Below are positions 1 through 11,770 of a stretch of 64,000 bases of DNA, piece after piece; the first letter of the stretch is position 1, and every line of letters begins with the position of its first letter. Origin of the DNA: Tubiluchus corallicola (taxonomy: Eukaryota; Animalia; Priapulida). A model generated the notes under the pieces. That model was given only the letters and a program-made list of their open reading frames with translations, had not been told where the DNA came from and made no database searches. The stretch covers positions 1 to 64,000 of the forward strand of contig JAQGDQ010000809.1 of NCBI GenBank assembly GCA_030141605.1, read 5' to 3'. Position numbers and translations under genes: made by a program.

Positions 1-500
1 GGGTGGTGCGGTGTGCTGCAGTGGTATGGTGTGGTGCGGTGTGGTGCGATGTGTGGAGTATTATGGTGTGGGTGGTGTGGTGTGGTGGAGTGGTATGGTG
101 TGGTGTGGTGTGTGGGTGGTGTGGTGTGCTGCAGTGGTATGGTGTGGTGCGGTGTGGTGTGATGTGGTGGAGTGGTATGGTGTGAGTGGTGTGGTGTGGT
201 GTGTAGGTGGGTGGGTGGTGTGGTGCAGTGTGGTGTTATGGTGTGGTGCTGTGCGGTGTGATGTGATGGAGTATTATGGTGTGGGTGGTGTGGTGTGGTG
301 TGTGGGTGGTGCAGTGGTATGGTGTGGGTGGTGTGGTGTGTAGGTGGTATGATGTGGTGCGGTGCGGTGGTATTGTGTGGTGCAGTGTGGTGCGATGAGG
401 TGGAGTGGTATGGTGTGGTGCAGTGTGGTGTGATGTGGTGGAATGGTGTGGTGCAGTGTGGTGTGATGGGGTGGAGTGGTGTGGTGTGGGTTGTGTGTTG
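1..500. repeat. Degenerate (GGTGT)n pentanucleotide microsatellite, truncated by the window edge
   Basis: Continuous GGTGT/GGTGC/GGTAT variants from base 1 to ~500; the V/W/C/G-rich ORFs here are translation artefacts. Confidence 0.95.
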
Positions 501-512
501 ATTTGTGCACAA

Positions 513-2085
513 AATTCTTTTTGTGGGGTTTGGCTAGTCTCTTATATTAATATTCTTGGTATGTTTTATATATATTTGGGGATCATTTGGGGATCATATA
601 TGAGGGCACCATTTGCAGCGATCTATACATCAAACGAAAGGTCTCGATCTAGTGCCGTGCCATTGATGCTTTATTTTTCGAATTGGGCCCACCGGAAGGA
701 AGGGGGGGTGAAAAACCTCCAAAAATGGCCATTTTTCGGTCGTTTTTTGCAAAACTTATACCTCTTATTTCTGAAGAACTGGAATGGGCCGAGGGTGGTG
801 TTGGCTATGGATAGGTAACCCGTTCAGCGGTGGGTGTAGTAGGCATATTTAGAATTCCCGAGAGGAGAGAGCCAGGGCGCCCCGCAACGGGTGTTTTCAC
901 GGACTCAACTCGCGATTTTTTCGAAATTTTGACCAAACAGCCTGCGGAAAAAACGTTCTAGCGGCGCCCGGTGGGACTCTCGGAAGGAGATATACGGCTC
1001 TTTAGAAAGAGGAAGGACGGGGTTACACGATGATGTGGGCTATATTTTAGGACAGGTCCACCGAGAGGAGTACCGAGGAGTTAATTAGGTGTTCTATTTT
1101 CGACGATTTTCGCTTAGAAAACTGTTGTGACGCATTCCATTGTTCTGACGTCATCCATTGTACTCTGCCTATAACTTTAATTCAGTAAAAGCTGTAAACA
1201 AACAGTAGGCAGGATGTTACGGGCTTTGTGTTATAAATGAGGACTTGGTAGGACGTTCGCGTATTATTGATTACACGTGGATTTATACGCAAAATCTTTT
1301 GCGGGGCCTTTGCTAGTCATTTATATTAATTTCGTTGGTATGTTATATATAAGATTTGAGGCTGCAGCTCCGACAACAGCACCATTTGCAGCGATCTATA
1401 TATCAAATGAAAAGCTTTGATCTAGTATGGTCTCACTGGGGGTTTATTTTTCGAATCAGGCCCACCCGGATGAATGGGGGGCAAAAAACCTCCAAAAAAC
1501 CTGCAAAACTTTTACCTCTTAGGGTGGTGCTGGCTATGGATAGATGGCCTGTTCAACGGTGGATGTAGTAGGCGTATTTAGAATCAATGGAATCCCACAA
1601 TAGGCGTTTTCCCGGACAAAAGTTTGGCCAAACGGAATGTAGAAAAAATATTCTAGCGGCATTCGGTGTGACTCTTGGAAGGAGATATACAGCTCTTAAG
1701 AAAGAGGAAGAACAAGGCTACATGATGATGTGGGCTTTATTTTAGGATTATTGATTATAAGTGTTTTTATACGCTATTTTTGCGGGGCCTTTTCTAGTCA
1801 TATATATTGATTTCCGTGGTTTGCCAAGGACAATGGACAGTGTTGACAATGGTCGAATAGCCTATTCAATTTTGGGTGTAGTAGGCATATTCAGAATGTG
1901 TGGGAGGCCCACGTCTTCTTGCAATGAGCGTTTTTCCGGACCTAATCCTTGATTTTTTATCATAATTTTGGCTGAAAACCCTGTGAAAAAAGCTTTCTAG
2001 TGGTGCCAGGTAGGACTCTTGGAAGGAGATATATAGCTCTTTGGAAAAACGAGGAACGGGGCTACACGATGAGGAGGGTTTCTTT
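513..2085. repeat. Three diverged tandem copies of a GC-rich unit (probable non-autonomous DNA-transposon-derived repeat)
   Basis: Shared blocks recur: TTTGCGGGGCCTTT.CTAGTCAT.TATATT at ~517 (variant), ~1298, ~1779; GGACTCTTGGAAGGAGATATAC.GCTCTT at ~975, ~1670, ~2013; CTACACGATGA-like at ~1023, ~1718, ~2062. Confidence 0.75.
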
Positions 2086-3794
2086 AAAGGGGGAATGTCA
2101 TGAAACTTATCTTATAGTTGCCTTCACCGGGAACAACTTTGCGAAATTTTTTAGCAGTACGTTACAAAGTTGAAATAAGTATATGTAGTACAAAATAATC
2201 TAATACAATGCTCTTTGTGCTACACAATTTACCAAATACATTGAAGTCATTGTTTATAGTGTAAGGATTAACAACTTGCAGTTGTCGGTTTACGATTTAT
2301 GTTTTTTCTTTAGTTAGTATTCAAAATTCAGGAAAAAGCATCATAAATAAAATTCTAGCACAAAAAATTGCATTAAGAGATGACTAAACTGCATCGATAA
2401 ACTATGCACTTGGGTTTAAAATGAAACAAGAAAAAGACACTACAAAAAAACTGCATCTGACTGAATCTCTGCGAAGTGTAAACATAATATTTTTAACACT
2501 AGAATTCATCATGTTCTAAACTCATGTTTCAAAGCAAACAGCCGAGAAATTATCACACAGTTTGTAGGAGGGAATCCAGGTTTTCAGATCGTACTGTCAT
2601 TGCTTCAATACTTTTCTGTTGGTCATTGGAAACTAAAAGTTACTATATTTTGGTTCGTATTTCGATACTTTCCGTCTGACTGCTGCATCCGGTCTAATTG
2701 CTGAATCCTAGTGTAACACATTCCACGACCGTTTTTCAATAAGAACAATAAAGACAGAAACCTGGCAAATCACTCATTCAATTCACAATAAGCTAATTTT
2801 TATCGTGATACCGTCACTAGGTATAAACTGCGTAAAAGTACTATATGCTGACGCTACTCGTCGATGTAAACAAATACTCAAACAAGTGTTGCGTACAATC
2901 GTTCTCCCCTTGTGCATTTTGCCAAGTTTCATCTGTAGTACGACAATTTCGCCACCAGAGGCGCAGGCGCAAATGCATGCTCAATGGTGGCCTAGTCAAA
3001 TGTTCGTTTTGTGTAAAATTTTATCCAAACTTTTGCCAAGGATTTTTAAACACAAAATTTTCGTCAAGAATAAGGTACATATTTCTATTCACAATATAAA
3101 CGCGAGTTATTCAAGCTCAATGAGCTTAATAACCTTATTAGAGTTATTCACAGCTTAATGATCAACTTCCTTCTCTGCCCTGCAATTATTTTGAACTGGT
3201 CCTTGTAGTTGCTTGTCTACAGTATTGCTTGTGTTTGGTGCAAAGATTCCCCTTATTACCCCACATAGGCACTATTCTGAGAATAAATTGTGTACAGCAA
3301 TCAATGACTGCCATATTCCAACTCAATATTGTAGTGTTTTATACGTCATTTCGATTAAAAAATAAAAAAGGCCATTTTACAAATTTGCATTTACCTTAAG
3401 GCTGCGATAAGCATCGTTACGTTCGATAGTCAAATTAATCAACTTTATATTAAGCTAAAATATCAAATTAACTGAGCTCAGTTAGACCAGTAAACTCGGC
3501 TGTAATGATTTGCCTATTTTTGCATCACTAATTCTGTACTTCTAGACTTTACTAAACACAAAATCATGCAGTAAATAAAACTAATTTGGTAATTTACTAA
3601 TTTATACGACATTCTATCAAATTGATAAGATTGTCATTGATTAAGCTAAAATCTTCAAAGTGATCAGTTCATAATGATACAAAATGATGTATTTACTTAC
3701 ATCGTATGTCTCCATAAAGCAAATCTAGTATTTACCAATATATCTGACAAATTATCACTATCATACTGTGAAAAACTACTTTTAAAGAAGCCTG

Positions 3795-6515
3795 TTAGCA
3801 TCTACCAACTGACTCGCTTGCCCAGGTAGAAACAGATCTGCACAGGTGATTGACCGTGGTCACACGGCCAACGAGATACTTGGCTAAATTCATTTTAAGA
3901 ATTCATTTCTCCAATCGACAATAAATTAACCCCGAAATTAAATTAAAAGTTAATTATTAAAATGTACCACATAGTGGAAGCTAGTTTATACTAGTTGAAT
4001 GCTTGACAACTTACATAATGACTTGCTAATTAATGATAAAGGAATTGGTAGTGTAAAACTTTTGCAAAATTACCTCCAGTATCATAAACGGCAAACACTT
4101 CAGAGTTACTGCCGCCGAAACCTCCTTCGATCGTGCCTATCTTGCACGCCGCCCTGGCGGCTTTGGTGTCAAACAATGCTCCTAGTCCACCATCGCAGTA
4201 ACAATCGCCCGTATTGTACGTGAAGCGGTAAAATGCCAAGTGCGCAAGTGTTTCCTTAAATTGAGCGAAACCGTTATTCTTTTCGATGATACGCTCAAGA
4301 CAAAGTTTGAAACAGCGGTACGGCGTCTTAGCTGCATAAGAATAGTTCCAACTAGAGTACCCAGATGGAATGTGCCAGCATCCTCGGAATTCGTGTCTTT
4401 CCTTTTGCCAATCAGCAAGAACTGAAAAAAATTCATACAAAGCTATAATGTCACTCAAGCAGTAGAGTAAAAAGCCACAGTGATTTCTAAACTAACTAGA
4501 CAGACCAACATATAACTGTTACAAAAATAAATTCATCGACTTAATTATTAATCAAGAGCAAAAATACTGTGATGCTGCCGGGCACTTGAAAGGGGATAGC
4601 GAATCCCTAGCCAATTCAGGATTTCTGGAAGCCAACAGGTCCTGGTTCGGTATTTACTTGAAATTGTGTTCAGCATAAGTACAAAGTGAGGCAAGTTTCT
4701 AGTAGAACAACAAATGCTATGACTAGCTCAAGTAGAACGTAAGTCGAAGAATAGAAGCTCAAGCAGAACATAAGTCGAGGAATAGAAGCTCAAGCAGAAC
4801 ATATATCAAAGAATAAAAGTTCAAGCAGAACATAAGCCGAAGAATAAAAGCTCAAGCAGAACAAAAATCAAAGAATAAAATCTCAAGCAGAACATAAGTC
4901 GAGGAATAGAAGCTCAAGCAGAACATAAGTCGAGGAATAAAAGTTCAAGTAGAACATAAGTCGAAGAATAAAAGCAGAACACAAGTTGATGTGTTAAACA
5001 AGAACAAAACCGAATACAAATGAATCAACTTACATGAAGTTTCATAAACTTTCGTTGCCCGGTTTTTACACACGTTGCCTGTAGAGTCAAATCCTGTACA
5101 CTTCGTGTCACAAGTGTCAATTCCAAACCTCCCGTAGGAGTTACCGCAGAAGCAGCGATGTGGAGGGTTCTTGTTTCTAAATATCAAACCGTAGTATGGA
5201 AAACTTTGGTTGGAGCATTCGTTATTGCAAACATCTCTCACCTCTTCTTCAGAACGACGTACATCAATGTCGAAGCTCTGTGGAAAGTCGTCTTCATTAC
5301 GAGCGCTTGTAACATAGCAACCAAGAGAGTCGTCCTCTAAAAAGAAGCAAGTGCAGATCGATGAAACGAGGTCACACAGTTTAGAAAGGGCAGTAAAGCA
5401 ATATTTTAAGAGTAATTTTGTAACCACGTGCAAAATGAATAACAGAAATTGTGCTGTACATGTGAATGGGTCAGCATTAAAATGAAAAGCAGGCAGGCCA
5501 AGCAATACTAGAAAAATGAGAAATGTTCACAAACTGTGCTGCATACAGGCACTAGGCGAACTACCAATTTATTTTGCAACTAATTCTTTAACTCTGGAGT
5601 TTAGTATAAGTAATAATATAACATGATTAAGTGTATTACAAACGGGAATTTTATAACTTTTTTGGTACATTCATATACTTACATGATGCAGTCATACAAA
5701 AGCATATTTTTTTAAATTTAAAACGTTAAACGCAATAATTATATAACATCGTTCTTTCGGGGAACGCAAGATGTGGCCACATTTTTCAACGGCTAACTCT
5801 CAGCCACTTTGTTTGATGCTCAATGTATTGGAGGCTAAAAAGTGTCCAAATTATCAAGTAGTGTTGCCGCTTATGCCATAATTATCAGGACATCATACAC
5901 ATTCATGATACAAAAAAGAGACTATAAAATAATCGATAATTTAGTATAATTTAGTGAAACTAAAAAACAAAGCGGGAAAACTTTGATTTAAACTGATTTT
6001 AAATATGCCACCATTCAGTTTTAAACATTTACAAAGCTTTAAAAATTCTTTTTAAATTTTGAAAAAAATACCCCCACCCTATTAACATTTTTTGAGTTTA
6101 ACGGGTAAGGCAGAAAAAAAATTTCTGGTCAGTCTCTGTCTCGGTACTAATTTAGAACTTTAATATAATTTGTTGTGAATAAGTTACAACGTACAAAATT
6201 TACCTGTACTGCAGTTGCGTCCCGTATAGCCAGCATCGCAGACGCAGATATAGTTATTTACTCTATCTTCGCAAGTACCATTATTACAAGGGTTAGGTAA
6301 ACAATGATCAATACCTACAACAAAATAAAAAGTAGCAGTCACTGTTTGCCAAACTAAAATGAAATTTGCTATTACAGTCGGTCTCTGTCTACCACTAGTG
6401 AGTGTGTAACTGATATAGTATGTCTATAAAATAACTCACCTTGTGCGTGGATATGCACTATGTCCAGTAACTTGACAGTGAGTAGTACATATGCTATGTT
6501 TTTCAACCCTTGCAT
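3795..6515 (-). CDS. Secreted EGF + two WSC-domain protein (~308 aa, 5 coding exons)
   Basis: Exons (minus) 6515-6440 ([25 protein letters not shown], signal-like), 6314-6204 ([37 protein letters not shown]), 5336-5034 (SLGCY...CNNEC...CFCGN...CDTKCTG...VYET, WSC), 4421-4074 (FRGCW...CFKLC...CYCD...AVYDT, WSC), 3883-3795 (short tail, TAA). All introns are GT-AG phase 1 and the 927 nt read in frame. The last exon is the least certain. Confidence 0.85.
4725..4980. repeat. 31-bp minisatellite (~8 copies) in the intron between the WSC exons
   Basis: Unit AGCTCAAGCAGAACATAAGTCGAGGAATAGA repeated with substitutions. Confidence 0.9.
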
Positions 6516-6598
6516 TGCTTTTCACAATCAGCCTAAACAAGAGATCATTTAGAGGTTATCCTTAACTGAAAATCATTTCAAAATTTCAATCTTTAATC

Positions 6599-7081
6599 CA
6601 GGGGTGTGCAAATTATCTGACTAGCCGGGCCACATTAAACTTTCCCACAATTCCTGCGGGCCACAGGCAGTTTGATCAAGGAGCCAAGTACAGAAAGGCC
6701 TAATAACGATTTTTTTTGCATCCGACCTGCGTACATCATTACTACTACACTCAAGAAACTATTTTAGAAGTTAATAAAATTTATATTACAAACAATATAT
6801 TTCTACTTTCAGGACAGATAGTGGTATTTTAATTATAATGCATATTAGTAATGTGTATCACACACTCTGTGTAGTACAGTGCTATTAAGCTACAACCGTC
6901 TTGTAAGGGTTAATGGCAACCGATCTAGTAGAACAAACTACCGGCACTATCTTTGGAATCGTGGCACGGACTTCAGCTGGATACACTCAATTAATCGCCC
7001 GGGCCGCACTTTCATTAGGTTGACAAATCTCTTTGCGGGCCGCAGAAATTCTCTCGGCGGGCCGCAATTTGCACACCCCTG
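6599..7081. mobile_element. Non-autonomous hAT-type DNA transposon (MITE)
   Basis: TIRs CAGGGGTGTGCAAATT ... AATTTGCACACCCCTG; flanks CTTTAATC (6591-6598) and CTTTAGTC (7082-7089) form an 8-bp TSD with 1 mismatch; subterminal GCGGGCCG repeats. Confidence 0.9.
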
Positions 7082-9859
7082 CTTTAGTCAAACCTATCGA
7101 ACGTGTGATATTAAAATTGTAAATCTTCTATTTTGACTCACTGACCATTAAGGACATAACTCTGCAATGTTAAAGTCAAACTTGTGGGTAAAAGTATAAG
7201 GAAGGTGTATGTGACATTACTGAAGCACTGGTGATATGAAACCATGCTACACAATTTCAGGAAATTTAAACTGCACAACTTCATGGGTGTATTAATGTAT
7301 TAAAAAAGTTACGAGTAAGAGTATTTAGCTGTATGATAGTATATAATAGGCTATCAAGTTTTGACTGTTTTAGAGTTTGGTAAATAACCTCTACTAAAAT
7401 TTCTGGTCACTCAGTTTATTATTTTTTAATTTTCTTCTTACCATAGAACAAGTCTCAATAGAGACATAATAACGGGCTAATTTTACTCCAAAAGCTGAGG
7501 TAAGGTAGGTCAGCCGGATACCCAAAAAAAATTTAGGTGACCGTAAAAGTTGTTTGTTGTAGGGTTATTGATTTTTTCGACAAGTACATTTCCTAGTTCT
7601 TTGTTGGGGTTGACACTAACCCAACAACTAGGACACTGATCTAGTAATTACCAGGCTTCGTGAATTCTGGCTGTTAATATTGAAACTTAGCCTTCTTCTA
7701 TTAGACGTTAGCATTGCACTACAATGTCTATGTCTATTCTTGAACAAAGACGTAGTACTATTGATTTGGCATATGCATATAAGATTTTGAATGATGATAT
7801 TATGCTGCTGCAATCTAGTGGACTTTTGGCGAAATCATTTGTTAGGCTTTTTCGTTAGGTTCGGGGTCATTCCGATTAAATATTTTAGTCCTTGTGCTAG
7901 AACATTTTTAGTCACCGGGTAATTAAGTCACAGAATTCGTCTCCCAAGTAACGTAATAGCTTCTAAGAACACCAATAAATTTATTTAGTAAAAGTTCACA
8001 ATAACATTGGCGCATTCAATGGCAACTATTGGGTAGCGTCAAAACCATTCAATGTCATAGATTCAGTACAAGAGGAAAAAACAAACATACTGTCAAATTT
8101 TAATCCAGCTATTTAAAGCTAAGTATTCGCTTCTTTTCTTAACACTTCGACTTCGTCATTCTGGTTACGTACACAACGATGTTAATGGATTTACTTTTAT
8201 AATTCTTTCTGCAAAACAACAATCACGAATGACGTTGCCGACGCGAACCTGCTTACCGCTATGAATAACATACCGCCATCTATAGTCAGAAACATTGATC
8301 AAGCGTTATGCACAAAGTCGACTCGCCACGACCACATCTAAGCTCTACAAATATGATAATTAGAACAATTACAATAAGTTAGTATTTCTGAATAATTAAT
8401 GAATTGGATGGCACATTTTACAGTGTAACAAAATTTTGCTGATAGTTCAAGAGCCCTGATGAAAACACCTCGGGGTTGTCAGGGTTTCTTTCATTCTAGT
8501 TTACAAATGAATCTGTCTCAGCAATAAAACTTCCATTTAAACAAAATTTGCAAATGATTTATAACAAGAACAACATCGGTTTCCAATACAACCCTCTATT
8601 ATAACAAATTTTATTCTATTTTTCTATTTCATTGAGAAAATCCAATATTTCTACTGCTCACTAGCAGTCTTTTCATATTTCTCAATGATAACTGACACTA
8701 TGCATTAGAAACGTTCTAATGAGAATGTAATAAAATTTATTATAGTGGGTTAGTTGTGAAAATCTAAATTTTTACAACAGGGATTCTAAATAGGTTCCAT
8801 AACTATAAAAGCATTCTAACAAATAAGCAAGCGTGGTGGACCTAAACACATTAGTGCTTCTATCTCTATTTTGCTATATACTATGTACATAGACATATTT
8901 AAGAGTTGTCTCTTGTTGTTCTATGTAAATCTTTTATAATTTTATTTGAGGTGACGTTTATGTTAAAGTAAAAATAAATCAGGATTGTCTAATTACTATG
9001 TTGCTAAGAAGAATTATTCTGTAAACATAATAGCTTTCTCGTCAGAGTTGGCCTCTGTTAAAACGGAATTCAATGCTAATATCATCGCCACTGAAATATA
9101 TTAACAATTTCATTTAAGCCACAACTTAAACACTCCATTGTAACACATTTAGAAACTCAACACTCACTTCCACGATTGGTCCCAATTATTATTACCCACA
9201 TGTTACTTAGATCAGCCCTGCATGCTTGGTGAAAAAACCAGTGGTATCCTTTTTGAATCTTTGGTAATTTTGAGCCAGGAACCTGTAGGATAATGTTGCC
9301 GGTTCGTGGAGCAGCTGTCACATTAACCTCTGCTCCCCCCTTCCCTACAAAAGAATATTCGACTAAACTTCGTAAGGTGCATAATTTCATAAATCAATGT
9401 TACTGGAGGTCACATGACAGAAACCTATCACCCGCTTTGCTGCTCTGTGGACCAATAAACGACCAGCATCGAGTGCCGTGGCAACGCTCATATCAATATT
9501 ATTTTAGATGGCGCCTTTTTTACAATAACTTTGCTGGGGGATTTCCAGTTTATTGAGATGGAGGGAAAAGCTTATTGCACATACAATATGTGCACACTTT
9601 TGTTTATATGAGAACTGTGTAAGAAATTTCGTGAGTAACTACAGTGAAATTCGCTCTTCCACTGGCAGCTCAGTGTAAAATAATGTAATAATTGTGTAGA
9701 TCATTATACATTTATAGAATTAGTTTTAATAGTATTACCACTCAACCCTACTGATATTTTACAAATAAAAATAATTCAACTTCTGCAAATATGCATATAT
9801 ATTTTCTTGTACCCATTTAAACTGCTCAAAACAAGACTGCTTGGAAGATGGGACAAAAG

Positions 9860-9960
9860 GAACTATGTATTCTCCCACTACTAGTTAACTGCCGAGTCCA
9901 CCAGTTTAGCTCAATTTAAGGCTTGTTTGGATAAACACTGGCAAAATCACCCAGCAAATA
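9860..9960 (+). mobile_element. Short 3' remnant of a CR1/L2-group LINE ORF2
   Basis: Translates as ..AESTSLAQFKACLDKHWQNHP, matching the typical FK.rLDk.W C-terminus of CR1-group RT ORFs. Confidence 0.5.
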
Positions 9961-11770
9961 CATTGATTGTAACAGGTCTTCTCGGCAGCAGCAAAACCTA
10001 GCTATGGCATGAAGTCCTCTTCTCAACTGGTAGTGTCTTCACAAATTTTTGGTTTTTTACAGTCTGCTCGGAAAAGTAGAGGGATACATAGGCAAAAATG
10101 CTTTATCCCCATCAGTAATATGGATCATGAATTAATTACACTGGACCGCCAAACAAACTAACCCAAGTGAGAGTACTTACAAACCAAAGCTATCCATAAG
10201 TTGGCATAGTTAAAACTCTGTTATGGTACTTCAAAGTAGAATGCACCGAGATTTGGTCAAGTGTCAATTTTTCATTTTCCCCCCTGTAACGCCGTGTAAT
10301 AATTAAGTCAGGACGTTAAGAAATCAGAGTACTGTGTTCAAGGTTCTCGAGCGTTTCCGTCACTTCTATATGCTAAATGTACAGGATAATCATTTATTTG
10401 TGTAGGCTACGTGAATTCGCGTCACTGGTGAAACACTTGTGTGCACGTGCAAATTATTTAATCAGAACGACAACGGAACTAAAAGCTAATATTTAGATTT
10501 AGAATTTAATCAGTGAAACAACAATAGCAAATTAAATTGATAACAATTTCCAACAATACCTAATTCCCCCAAAAGTAACGTTGGCCGGCTACGCTTCTGT
10601 CTCTCATCAGGCTCTATCAACCACGCTCTTGAGTCTCCAACCATACCACATCAGCTTTTCATCTCCAGCAGTCAGCCACGTCCTTGCCAGCAACTCCTTG
10701 CCAATGGTCACCAATCCAGCCTCTGCATGGACCACGCTTTAAAACTGCTCCAGCAATTCAGCGGTTGAACTCGTACCTGGTTGCCTCGGGATTGAACTCT
10801 CGCCTGGTTGCCTCAGACTCCCAGTAATAAAGCCAGATATCGTCCTTTTTGCAGGGTGACAAACAGAACCTTCAGTTTCAGACTAACAGACAGACCATTG
10901 GTCCAGGTAGAACTGGTTCTCGACTGGTTTTTCCACTACTATTCAGCGAGAATTCGAGTCCTATTCTGCAGGTAGAAATATGGTTACCAAACACTTGCTT
11001 CTTGGAATGTCAAGACAGTGTCATCACAGCAAACAACGAATAAACAAAAGTAGACCAAACCATTGCCTTTATGACAAATCATCTCACTGCATACGAGTAC
11101 CATTAAAGACAGGTTCACACCAAACTTGGTGTTCAGCCATATAAAATAACCTCAGGATGTGGACTAACCAGCAAAACTCCACCACCCTGTAACTTTGACA
11201 GTCAGAACATAACTAGTGTAAAACACGAACTCTGTAGTAAGATCCCAGAACAGGTTGAAGCCATTTGGTATTCGAATTTCAGGTAACCTAATTACAGGTA
11301 AGCAGCGAAATAAGCGGCCAGAGCCATCTACTGTCAAAATCTTACAAAAACACACAATGTCATATAAGTTTAAATAAACAGTGCAACAAATCAATCAGGT
11401 AATTAGGTCATTGATTATGTACGTACAACGTCATAGGAAAGATATATCAAAATAGGTGTTGCGACAATGATGGGTGGTATAACCGATCATCACACTAACA
11501 TACTAATATCCATAAAGTAATGACTGCTTTCCTGTAACATGCGCATAGCTGTCTATTTTGCTATATTTGGATAATTGGGAACTGTAATACAGCACTCTTG
11601 TGTACTTACATGAATTATTTGTTGAAAATAAAACGAAAACAATTTACACTTCCTTTAACATCTTGACTTTAGGACTACTAAAGGAGGCTCGTAAAGTAGG
11701 TTTCGTTTCCTATTTATAGTTATTAATTGTACCTTTCTGATTTTGAAGCTCACGTTTCCATATTAAACAG

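Noticed and set aside
1-510. Cys/Trp/Val-rich and His/Thr-rich ORFs; telomeric repeat
   Set aside because: Microsatellite translation; the unit is degenerate GGTGT, not TTAGGG or TTAGG.
8449-8490. Hairpin containing CTGATGA (hammerhead ribozyme candidate)
   Set aside because: No GAAA after stem II, and CCCTGA pairs with TCAGGG, sequestering the core.
10285-11539. GC-richer block with a short direct repeat (CCTGGTTGCCTC x2) and TG..CA ends
   Set aside because: No TSD and no recognisable protein motif in any frame examined; left unassigned.
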